From the NCBI GenBank assembly GCA_018820005.1, contig JAHJOS010000511.1, positions 1-46,254 on the forward strand: a stretch of 46,254 nucleotides of DNA, written 5' to 3'. This DNA is from Alphaproteobacteria bacterium (GTDB taxonomy: Bacteria; Pseudomonadota; Alphaproteobacteria; Rhizobiales; Devosiaceae). The position numbers were made by a program, and so were the translations under genes. Positions 37,785 to 46,254 of the stretch are shown here, in pieces (the first letter of the stretch is position 1; each line of letters starts with the position of its first letter). A model generated the notes under the pieces. It saw nothing but the letters and a program-made list of their open reading frames with translations. It was not told the DNA's origin and ran no database searches.

Positions 37785-39419
37785 TCAGCGTTCGGTAAGG
37801 GTCTGGCTAAGCGGATTTCCGTGTGCGTCGTAATTGAACTGCACGATGCGCTCGGGCTCGGTGATGGTGACGGGTCTGAAGAGCGTTGGGTGCCACTCGG
37901 TGATGATCGTCCGGGCCTGTGGCGTACCGGCTGCTTCGGTCCGACTGATCTCTAGGCCGCGATCGTTGTAGATGAATGTCGTCTGATTACCCTTGTTGTC
38001 GGTGCGGGTCTTGATTAAACCGCGGCTGTCATAGGTGAACGTGGAATTGCTGCTAGGACAGTTGGCCGATGCTGCTCCTGAGAGCGAGGTGATGCGCTTG
38101 GCGCCCGCGATGGTTTGGAAGCTATAGGTGGCTTTCTTGCCGAGTGGATTGGTCAGTGTTGTCGAGTTGCTACCGTAGGCGAACTGGTAGCGGTCGGCAC
38201 CACCGGCATGCTCGCTCTTGGTAGCACGTCCCTGTGCATCGTAAGTCCAGGTGGCGTAACGCACACCGCGCTCGTCGGTAATGCCGGTCAGCCAGCCGCC
38301 TTCACGTGCGTCTTCGTAATGGTAGGTGCGAGAAAGGGCCTGCCCATTCTGGGTTCGCGTCGCCTTGGTCAGACGGCCGGCCGTACTGTAGGTGTAGCTC
38401 ACCTGCAGGTCGTCAACCATCAGCGTGGCCAACCGTTGAGCTGCGTTGAACGTCAGCGTCATCGCATGGCCGAGTGAGTCAGTGACCACGATGGCGTTGG
38501 CGCTGTACGAAAGAATCTCGTATGTGCCGTTCGCACGGTCGATACGGGTCAGTTGTCCTGCGCTGTCGAAATGCAGGTGCTCGTTTCGCGGGGAGTCGTA
38601 GCGCCAACCTTGAGTCGTCTTTTCAAGACGCCCTAGCTCTTTGGGTGATGCGGCCACGGTAGTACCGCTTACGCTGAACAGGCTTTGGCGTCCATCGGCG
38701 TCAATGAGTAGCGCCTTGGTGGGAGAAAGCTTGAGTCGCGCGGCGTAAGTATGCGTCCAACTGGTCGTTCTGCTGTTGTAGTAGCGTATGAAGCGCATTT
38801 CGCTACCGGAACGACCGGAATAGTCTATTTCAGTCTGGAATTTGTTTCCGTAAGCCACGTCGACCGGGTTACCAGCGCTCAGGCTTGGGGAACCCTGTCC
38901 AGCAAGTAAGGGTGGCGCTGACGGTACAGGACAGGCACCAGGCAGGTCCGGTGCACCAACCCCCGGAACGTCGGGGCAGAGCAGCTCCGCGGGTCGGTTG
39001 TAAAAGACCGGGCCGGCAAAGACTCCATAATGCGTTTGCTTGGCAACGGCGAAGTTTCTCGCGGAGACGCCATCGACCGAGCCGGTGAAGTTGTCGTGGA
39101 GCAGGATTGCGTGTGTCTTGCAGTCGTTGGTGAACACCCGCTTCATGTTTGCATTGCTCGATTTCAGCGTTTCGAGCATCTGGTCCGGTGTGTACCACGC
39201 GCTACTATCAAGCCACTTGATCACCTTGCCTCCGGAACATTGCAAGTTCGCGATCTGGTACAGGTACTGACCCGAGCCATCTGGTGGCTGAGATGCGAAG
39301 ACTTCTGTTCCGAAATAGCTAACGCCACCTGTCGTGCAGCTAGCGGCGGCGAGGGCGGATTGGTTTAGAAATGCGGTGCTAACAAGGGCGAGAGCAAGCG
39401 TGCTGGAGAAACGATCCAT
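37785..39419 (-). CDS. Rhs protein, N-terminal half (signal peptide, DUF6531-like domain, YD repeats)
   Basis: Signal peptide ending ALA; GNPVDVAYGNK..FIRYYNS..WTHTY; YD repeats; no Rhs core. Confidence 0.88.
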   Translation of the reverse strand: MDRFSSTLALALVSTAFLNQSALAAASCTTGGVSYFGTEVFASQPPDGSGQYLYQIANLQCSGGKVIKWLDSSAWYTPDQMLETLKSSNANMKRVFTNDCKTHAILLHDNFTGSVDGVSARNFAVAKQTHYGVFAGPVFYNRPAELLCPDVPGVGAPDLPGACPVPSAPPLLAGQGSPSLSAGNPVDVAYGNKFQTEIDYSGRSGSEMRFIRYYNSRTTSWTHTYAARLKLSPTKALLIDADGRQSLFSVSGTTVAASPKELGRLEKTTQGWRYDSPRNEHLHFDSAGQLTRIDRANGTYEILSYSANAIVVTDSLGHAMTLTFNAAQRLATLMVDDLQVSYTYSTAGRLTKATRTQNGQALSRTYHYEDAREGGWLTGITDERGVRYATWTYDAQGRATKSEHAGGADRYQFAYGSNSTTLTNPLGKKATYSFQTIAGAKRITSLSGAASANCPSSNSTFTYDSRGLIKTRTDNKGNQTTFIYNDRGLEISRTEAAGTPQARTIITEWHPTLFRPVTITEPERIVQFNYDAHGNPLSQTLTER

Positions 39420-39534
39420 GTTCCAAAATCCTGCGTCAGGGATGATGCAGGTAGGCTAGATTCGGGTTCGCAAAGTGTCAGCCGCTGCTTTGTGGCCGAG
39501 TCCGCAAAACTGACGACCGCTTGTCGGGTTTGTT

Positions 39535-40131
39535 CTAAAGCGGGTTTTTGTTAATGCGAACTAGAGGCTCTAAACGTAGCTCCGTTGCACTTTCGGAGCT
39601 CGTAGGGCGGAGTTTCTTCAGATAAAAATCCGTAAGGTAGGCATACCGTACGACCTGTCCTACTGGCTTAGTTGGAGCTTTCATTGCGTCGGGAAAATAA
39701 AGTGGATCAAGCGATCCGTCGCGCGACAGGACGACATAGCTGGGTTGCACCTCTTCCAGAATCGCACCAGACACGATCTGGTCACCTAGTTTGAAGAGGC
39801 GAGGGGGACGGCCCGAAACCATAATGATGGCCGAAGATCGTTCGCTCATCGGGTGCACGAAGCTACCCACTAATGTCATCGGAAGCGGAGATCGTTCGTG
39901 AACAGGCTGTGTCTGCTGTCGATGTTCGCCGAACAGATTTTCCCGATACTTGACAGGCGCTTTCGTGGGCTCAAGCACTGCCTGTTCGCGGGCAGGCTCT
40001 TTGAGCAGAACCTCGCTAAGTTGCTGCCATTGTCTGTAAATATTCACGCTCACTCCCATCGCTACGACAAGCGACACCGCCCACGGCAGGGCGCGATGTC
40101 TGAGGATCGTGAGAATCAAGCGAGCTTTCAT
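39535..40131 (-). CDS. Type II secretion GspC/XcpP-like protein
   Basis: N-terminal TM helix, then LPMTLVG..SSAII..FKLGDQI..ILEEVQPSYVVLSRDG..LYF (HR domain); start could be 40164. Confidence 0.75.
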   Translation of the reverse strand: MKARLILTILRHRALPWAVSLVVAMGVSVNIYRQWQQLSEVLLKEPAREQAVLEPTKAPVKYRENLFGEHRQQTQPVHERSPLPMTLVGSFVHPMSERSSAIIMVSGRPPRLFKLGDQIVSGAILEEVQPSYVVLSRDGSLDPLYFPDAMKAPTKPVGQVVRYAYLTDFYLKKLRPTSSESATELRLEPLVRINKNPL

Positions 40132-40513
40132 GTGGGGCTGCAATCCAAATACTGCACAGCTCATTTTTCACGATTCTGAGAAAAGGTCGAACAGTTTGCG
40201 GCCCAGACTTGATGTGGTGCGCAAAGCAGTGGCGGCATAGAGCCGTGCTGCCCTTTCTGCTTTCCTACCAGAAAAAATTTGCGAACACGTCGTGGAGCGA
40301 CCAGGCGCGGATGGTACCGGCGCGGCAGGGCGTCGCTGACCAAGCGTAGGGCAAGAGGGCTGTATCGCTTTGGAACAGCCCGACTCGCGTCCAGACGAAT
40401 ACCCCGCATTACGGTCGCCGAGCCAACTGCGTCAGCCGACCTCAGGGAGGGCATGATGGACGCCCGAGGGGACGAGACGGCCGTCGGGAGACGCCCTTGC
40501 GCTTCACGCGCAT

Positions 40514-42379
40514 TCAACTAGGCCCAGCCACCAACCCAGCCCTGAAATGCTCAGCCGTCTCCGCATCCGTGCAGTACAGGTAGCATCCCTTCATCCCGCG
40601 CGTCATGAGCGTACGGTAGGTATTCTTGATGATCAGATCCGTCTCTTGTCTAGCCAGATCCGGATGCGTCTTCATGAGCTTCTTATAGCCGCGGATCGAC
40701 CGGTCCTGTTTGTCACGCCGATCTGGAGAGGTAATGACCTCGCCGTTGCGCACGATCAGGTCGGGCCCGATGATCACGCCGATGTAATCGACCTCAAGCC
40801 CCTGGCAGGTATGGATGCACCCGACCTGCTCGATGGATTCCTCGGCGATGATCCACAGGCTTCCGTCCTGGCTCAGGTTCCACTGCCGGCGGTAGTCACC
40901 AATGACGATGTCGTCGGCCAGCGGATCCTTCTTGCTGCGCCACGGCCAGCAGTAGCCCGCCACCACCCGTGCCTTGTTCTCCCCGTTACGCGCTTCGATC
41001 GCTTCATGCAGCGCCTCAGGCGTATCGAACACCCGAAAGTCGTACTCGCTTGCATCGAGCCGCTCGTTGGCCGTCAGCCTGATGTCGAGCACTTGATCGA
41101 GCCAAGCGAGATACCCATCCGAGCCGCTGCAACGAAACTGTGAAGCCAGGTTGTACTCCTCAACCACCGCACCCTTGGCCTCGGCAAACGCCCGGATCGC
41201 CTGCTTGCTACCAATGTCGCTCAGGGTGACGCGCTGGTCTTCATCGATGAAGAAGACCGTGCACTTGGCGGCACCAATGAGCTCCTTGATTTGGTTGTCA
41301 CCGAGGTTGGCGTACAGGCCGCTCTTCTCGTTAAGGCGGTGGGCCTCGTCGACGATGAGCATGTCGAAGATATTCGGGTCGGCATCCACAAACGCACCGG
41401 AGCCGGTGAACATGTGCGAGAAGCGGGTGCGCGTCATCGAGCCGACCAGCTTCGTCTCATAGACCTTGCGGGGCGCGGCGTTCTTGGACACGTATTTGCC
41501 CACCAGTCCCAAGGAGGTGAGATGCACCAGCAGGTTGATGGCCAGCACCGTCTTGCCGGTCCCAGGCCCGCCTTCGACGATGACCACCCGCGACTGGGCG
41601 GAGGAGGCTGCCTTGGCTGCGGCAATGGCCGCCTCGTAGACCTCTTTCTGATCATCGATCAGCACGAACTCAGGCTTCTCGGCCAGCAACCCTTTAAGTG
41701 AATCCGCCAGTGCCTTGGACGGCCTGATCTTGCCGTTGGCAAGCTCGTACAGCACCGCCTTGTCATCACCGTACTTGATGTACTTCTTGATGAAGGCGCG
41801 CAGCTGCTCGAGCTCATCCTTGCCCTTGAAAAAGAGCGGCGCCTTGTCGATGTAAGGCTGGTAATGGGCCGCGTCGATGACGCCGTCACGCACGTAGTTG
41901 TGCAGGTACGCGCATGGCCTGACCGAGATGCTCTGGTCGTATACCGCCTCGTTGAAACCCTCCGGCAAAGAGGCGTAGGACCAGGCCTGATAGGACGGAT
42001 GAACTGTCTCCCTCAAACCCTTGCCCAGGGCGGTGACAACGATCGCATCCTTGGCCGTGACCTTGGCTGTACTCCATTGCTTGAGCTCGACCAGCACGGC
42101 GTTCTTGCCGCCGGCATCGTCCCGGCCGGTCAAGGTAAAGTCGATGCGCTTGGACGACTGCGGGATGTGGAGCTCGATGGCAAGCCCGGTGTCGCCGGGC
42201 AACCCCTCGTCTCGCAGCACCTTGGCCATGTAGCCGAGCGATCCCTTCCAGGAGTCGATCTCCGAACGCCCGACCCGCTTGCCGGTGCGAGCGGTGAAGT
42301 GGGCGAGGATCACGTCCTCGATGTCGTCATTGTCGGTGTCGTGCAGGAACTGCTGCTTGGTTGCTTCGTAAACGATCAC
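40514..42379 (-). CDS. DUF2075-like nuclease-helicase
   Basis: N-terminal E..RID..VELKQW (PD-(D/E)xK-like), GGPGTGKT, IVDEAH, QFRC, CIHTCQGLE and YRTLMTRG motifs. Confidence 0.85.
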   Translation of the reverse strand: MIVYEATKQQFLHDTDNDDIEDVILAHFTARTGKRVGRSEIDSWKGSLGYMAKVLRDEGLPGDTGLAIELHIPQSSKRIDFTLTGRDDAGGKNAVLVELKQWSTAKVTAKDAIVVTALGKGLRETVHPSYQAWSYASLPEGFNEAVYDQSISVRPCAYLHNYVRDGVIDAAHYQPYIDKAPLFFKGKDELEQLRAFIKKYIKYGDDKAVLYELANGKIRPSKALADSLKGLLAEKPEFVLIDDQKEVYEAAIAAAKAASSAQSRVVIVEGGPGTGKTVLAINLLVHLTSLGLVGKYVSKNAAPRKVYETKLVGSMTRTRFSHMFTGSGAFVDADPNIFDMLIVDEAHRLNEKSGLYANLGDNQIKELIGAAKCTVFFIDEDQRVTLSDIGSKQAIRAFAEAKGAVVEEYNLASQFRCSGSDGYLAWLDQVLDIRLTANERLDASEYDFRVFDTPEALHEAIEARNGENKARVVAGYCWPWRSKKDPLADDIVIGDYRRQWNLSQDGSLWIIAEESIEQVGCIHTCQGLEVDYIGVIIGPDLIVRNGEVITSPDRRDKQDRSIRGYKKLMKTHPDLARQETDLIIKNTYRTLMTRGMKGCYLYCTDAETAEHFRAGLVAGPS

Positions 42380-42399
42380 GCGGTCTTCCTTGGCCGAGT

Positions 42400-42783
42400 C
42401 TAGAGCTGGTCGTATTTCTTGCTCGTGTTGCGCGCTTTGTCCACCGGGTACTTCTCGCCATTGCGCTTGAGCTTGTCCTGCACGGCCTCATCCAGATCGA
42501 CACCCAGCACATCAGCCAGACGAACCAGGTACATCAGGACATCGGCCAACTCGTCTCGCACCGCCTGGGCGGTTTCAGATGTCTGCGCCGCCGTGATCGA
42601 CTGCTCTTCAGTCATCCACTGGAAGATCTCGGAGAGCTCACCGGTTTCCCCGGTCAGGGCCATGGTCAGGTTCTTGGGCGAATGAAACTGCGCCCAGTTG
42701 CGCGCATCGGCAAAGGCCTCGAGGGCTTCGGCAAGTCGCGTCGTGTCAACGAGCGCAGGGGAGAGCGGGGCATCAGTGGACAC
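42400..42783 (-). CDS. MazG-like nucleotide pyrophosphohydrolase
   Basis: RNWAQFHSPKNL..ETGELSEIFQW..DELADV..KYP; GTG start with AAGGA RBS. Confidence 0.9.
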   Translation of the reverse strand: MSTDAPLSPALVDTTRLAEALEAFADARNWAQFHSPKNLTMALTGETGELSEIFQWMTEEQSITAAQTSETAQAVRDELADVLMYLVRLADVLGVDLDEAVQDKLKRNGEKYPVDKARNTSKKYDQL

Positions 42784-43442
42784 GAGAGGATCCTTGAAGA
42801 GAAAACGCCGGAAGATCATACGTGAGCGCTGTGCGATTGTGATGCTGCGCCAAGCCTGCCCAGTGGCAAGCCAGGCCCCCCATCGGCATCTGCCCGATGC
42901 CAGTAAGCTGAGTTCAATAAATGGGTCGTGAATCGGCCGGCACCGTCGGTTCAGAATCGCAGGCTAAGCCCCGCATCATTGATCCCGCCTACGTGCTTGC
43001 CCAAACAAGCCACAACGGAGCGTCGATACTGCGGTCGTTTGAGGATGCCGACGAGCGCTTTCTGGACCATTGCTGACGGTCCAGCTAGGTCAAGGGCCGC
43101 GCCCCAAGCTCGTCGGACAAGCGCTTCACCTGTCCGGCGAACGGAGGTACGGGCGCAGCGCACCCTTGAACCCACTCCGACACCAGCACTCTTCGCCAGG
43201 GATGAGAGGGTGCTCCACCCCCTATCATCCCTGGCCTCGCCGAGAGTACCCGAAGGGCCGCCGGAGGCGCTGTTTGCGCTGATCAGTCGATGACTAGGGC
43301 GTTGGGCTTTGTTCACTCAGTTGTCTGTAGAGGCGGCTGCAGCTTTGAAGGCTTTGTCCTCGCAAGTGCTAAGGCTTGTTGCTGCTTAAGCTATCCGCGC
43401 GTAACTGTCATATCGGACGAAAGCGTACGTCTGGCGTACTGC

Positions 43443-43910
43443 CTAAACGGAACCAACATCTATCAGGCGTCGCTCCATCACGATCGTTCGCTCCTCGCCG
43501 TGATAGGTCTCTCGTACAGCCGAGTAGCCGAGTTTCTGATAGAACCGCTCCGCGGTTATGGATGAGGGAACCACCAACGTCATGATTCCTAGAGCTTTCG
43601 CTCTTTGCTCGACGGTGCTCATGAGCTGGCGTCCAATACCTTGGCGGTGCGTCTGAGGATCCACGAATACAGACCTGACTACTTGGCCATCGAGACTTGC
43701 GGTTCCAACAACCTTCTCGTTGTCCAGCGCGACAAAAACGATTCGCTTACCAATGAGATCTGCGACGGCACTAGGCGAAAAGCTTTTCTCGACCCGCTCG
43801 ATTACATCTTCGGGATAGTCATTGGTGTTGGTGGTTCTCAACGCTGCGATGATGACGTGGCTTATCGCCCGAGAATCAAGTTGAACAGCCTCTCTGATCT
43901 CAATTGCCAT
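43443..43910 (-). CDS. GNAT acetyltransferase
   Basis: VFVDP..RQGIG and FYQKLGY motifs. Confidence 0.9.
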   Translation of the reverse strand: MAIEIREAVQLDSRAISHVIIAALRTTNTNDYPEDVIERVEKSFSPSAVADLIGKRIVFVALDNEKVVGTASLDGQVVRSVFVDPQTHRQGIGRQLMSTVEQRAKALGIMTLVVPSSITAERFYQKLGYSAVRETYHGEERTIVMERRLIDVGSV

Positions 43911-44108
43911 CCGATCCTCGGTTCATAAGCGCAGTAGTTTTCCAGCGTGATATCCCAGCGAGGTGATGTCCGCCTCTCGCCGATACGGAAGACGGGGGGA
44001 AGCAATCTTAATTAGTCGGTAGGATCCCAGCCGTATATATCGTATTGCCAATGTGTGTTGCGCTCTAGCCAAATAGGGTGCCTGGCCAGTTAGCAAATAG
44101 GTTTTGTC

Positions 44109-44627
44109 ATGCTTGAGGTACGTTCGGTTGCCGTCAACGATTGGCAGGAGTATCGAGACATAAGGCTGCGCGCGCTTCTCGATTCGCCGGATGCTTTTGG
44201 GAGTACCTACGAGGCGGAAGTGGTGAGGACGGATGAGCAGTGGCAGGCCCGTATCGCTGCTGCCAGCATTTCCGGCAACGACCGAGTTTTGTTTGCGATG
44301 TATCACGAGAGGGTGTGTGGGCTGACATGGTGCAAGTTGTCCACATCAGTACCCGAAGAAGCCGATCTGTTTCAAATGTGGGTAGACCCTGCCTCGCGTG
44401 GAGCAGGCGCAGGCCGTGCATTGCTGGCGGAATCGCTTGCCTGGGCCAGGAACATTGGCGCACGTCGTGTTCGGTTGGGCGTCACGGCTGCTGACAGTCC
44501 AGCGATGCGTCTTTATACCGCTCACGGGTTTCGCCCGGTTGGCTCCTTGGAGCCTTTACGCGACGGGTCCTGTCTCCTTATGCAGGAGATGGTATTCGAG
44601 CTTGATCCCTTGGGCCTAGGGCTGTGA
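44109..44627 (+). CDS. GNAT acetyltransferase
   Basis: RLRALLDSPDAFGS, MWVDPASRGAGAG and LY..HGF motifs. Confidence 0.9.
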   Translation: MLEVRSVAVNDWQEYRDIRLRALLDSPDAFGSTYEAEVVRTDEQWQARIAAASISGNDRVLFAMYHERVCGLTWCKLSTSVPEEADLFQMWVDPASRGAGAGRALLAESLAWARNIGARRVRLGVTAADSPAMRLYTAHGFRPVGSLEPLRDGSCLLMQEMVFELDPLGLGL

Positions 44628-44731
44628 CTTCGTCAACGTAATTGTGCCTTGGTCGTCACCGCTCAATGAGTCGCCGCGCAGCAGTCATATCCTTGAGCGC
44701 CCGCAAAGGAACAGTCCTGTACGTGTCTCTC

Positions 44732-44914
44732 TTACCCAGAGGCAGAGCCACAGCTCACATGCTCCAGCAAGAAGTCTACGAAAACCCGCACCCGCGCCGG
44801 CATTGCCGCACCATCAATGAACACTGCGTGGATTGGCTCCCGGTCATCCGGGTTCCAGATCTCCAGCAGCGGCACCAGATCGCCGCGTTGCAGATCTTCG
44901 GCCACGCTGAACTC
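44732..44914 (-). pseudogene. 3' remnant of a LysR-type regulator
   Basis: EFSVAEDLQRGDLVPLLEIWNPDDREPIHAVF..MPARVRVFVDFL matches the end of a LysR substrate-binding domain; no HTH upstream. Confidence 0.65.
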
Positions 44915-45092
44915 AGTCAGTCAATGATCGCGTTCGGTCGTTGGTCAGTATCGGGAGTCACGAACAAAGCTGGCGCGCAACGCTGCTGGACCTGTGCAGT
45001 CTGGCGGTGCAGCTGGGAAAAGCCTGCATATGAATAAAAGCTGACCAGTTACTTAGAAGACTTGAGTCCTGGAGGGCCACCGTATTAGCCGC

Positions 45093-45488
45093 TCAGGGCG
45101 ACGATTGCCTTGCCAAGTCATGGGTTGTCATTTCCAGCGCAACGGCGAGCTTTGCCTGCAGGGCGCTTTGAGAAAATGGCTTATGAAGCACTGGAAGCGA
45201 GGCGAACCCGCCCTGCGGCCCGCTGACGCCATAGCCTGTACTGAAGAGAATGGGGATCTGGCGGTCGCGCAGAATCTCTGCGACAGGGAGAACTAGCTCG
45301 CCGGCTAGATTCACATCCAGCATCGCCAGGTCCACGTCTATGGTCCGAGCGACGTCGCGCGCTTTGGCGAGCCGTGCCATGGACTGGACAACAAGGCATC
45401 CGAGATCTTCGAGCATTTCCTCGATCAACATAGCGACCGTACTCTCGTCCCCGACAACGAGCACCCTGAGTCCATTTAAATGGGACAC
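45093..45488 (-). CDS. Stand-alone response regulator receiver
   Basis: LRVLVVGDE, MLDVNL (phospho-Asp), STGY and KPF motifs. Confidence 0.85.
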   Translation of the reverse strand: MSHLNGLRVLVVGDESTVAMLIEEMLEDLGCLVVQSMARLAKARDVARTIDVDLAMLDVNLAGELVLPVAEILRDRQIPILFSTGYGVSGPQGGFASLPVLHKPFSQSALQAKLAVALEMTTHDLARQSSP

Positions 45489-45779
45489 TGCTATTGGGCT
45501 CCGATAACAAACGAGAGCATTTCCGGCGACATGTCTGATGAGATATCCCCTAGCATGAGCTAGAGTGCGGCTTCGTGCGGTGGGTATGGAGAAAGGAGCA
45601 CGTCAGTTCGACAGAGCAGCAAAATCATAGCGCCGACCTCGTCATCAGTCGCCATTCGGGAGAGGGGCATTCACCCTCATCTCGACGTGCCGGACCTGCC
45701 GTGATAGGAAAGTTGATTGTGCGAGACCAAGGTTTTTTCGATGAAACTCTATAGGTTTGTTGGTAGGAGCGATTTTTGA

Positions 45780-46254
45780 ATGCGAGCATCAGAACTTGAG
45801 CTCCCGCTTGAACGGGATGTGTTCTCACGTACGCTTATCCGCGAGCTCGCAGGCACGCTTCAACATGTCATCGGACTTGATGATGCATCCGGCTTTATCA
45901 GCGTTGTTGGTGCGTCCGTGGGTGAGAAGATAGATCAGGACTATCGCCGCGCGTTCGCGGTTGACCGGTTGACGCGCGAGCAGGTGACCGACGTGCTCGT
46001 GGACTTGAAACGGCGTATTCAGGGCGACTTTTTCGTTCTAGAAGAAACCGAGGACCGAATTGTTCTCGGTAACCGAGCGTGCCCATTCGGCGAGCTGGTT
46101 CGCGACCGGCCGTCGCTCTGCATGATGACCTCCAACGTCTTTGGCCATATTGCCGCGCAGAACCTGGGCTACGCTGCAGTCGACCTGGAACGCACAATAG
46201 CCGAAGGCCATTTGGGTTGTCGCGTCACGATTTACCTCCGCACAAGCGACGCGG
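45780..46254 (+). CDS. MetOD1/V4R-like sensor protein (truncated by window end)
   Basis: AGGAG RBS; hand translation [39 protein letters not shown]; missing from the ORF track because it has no stop in the window. Confidence 0.75.
   Translation, partial: MRASELELPLERDVFSRTLIRELAGTLQHVIGLDDASGFISVVGASVGEKIDQDYRRAFAVDRLTREQVTDVLVDLKRRIQGDFFVLEETEDRIVLGNRACPFGELVRDRPSLCMMTSNVFGHIAAQNLGYAAVDLERTIAEGHLGCRVTIYLRTSDA

Noticed and set aside
42928-43316. Overlapping ORFs of about 120 aa on both strands
   Set aside because: No recognisable family or RBS; possibly decayed sequence

Overview
GC-rich gammaproteobacterial window; protein families and regulatory motifs suggest Pseudomonas/Stutzerimonas. 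Bases 1-12.4 kb hold an alcohol/amino-alcohol catabolic block: the 3' end of an AldB-type dehydrogenase, eutH-eutB-eutC, a GAF sigma54 activator, a sigma54-driven type II quinohemoprotein ADH + aldA operon, and a PqqU/YncD-like TonB receptor. Bases 12.5-16.5 kb hold a complete lasso-peptide cluster (order A-C-B-D). Its 46-aa precursor (12543-12683, predicted core GVPGGAIVEGSYGVWSR) is absent from the ORF track. Bases 16.6-25.7 kb are a patchwork: HCCA isomerase/SDR/HxlR, cupin, orphan ccoNQ, an exported MBL-fold hydrolase with a GlxA-type regulator, a frameshifted LuxR solo, a C4-type antisense RNA module and several gene remnants. Bases 25.9-40.1 kb are a polymorphic-toxin locus: an orphan GspC-like gene, an Rhs protein split into two separately signal-peptided genes, and its immunity gene. 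An XRE/primase-helicase/tyrosine-recombinase element follows, with a dif/cer-like site and an 11-bp-phased repeat array, then three orphan Rhs tip/immunity cassettes, two of which share a duplicated element-end leader. Bases 40.5-46.3 kb contain a MazG-like + nuclease-helicase (DUF2075-like) pair, two GNATs, a LysR remnant, a stand-alone receiver and a truncated MetOD1-like gene. Family calls come from motif recognition by eye; no database searches were run.
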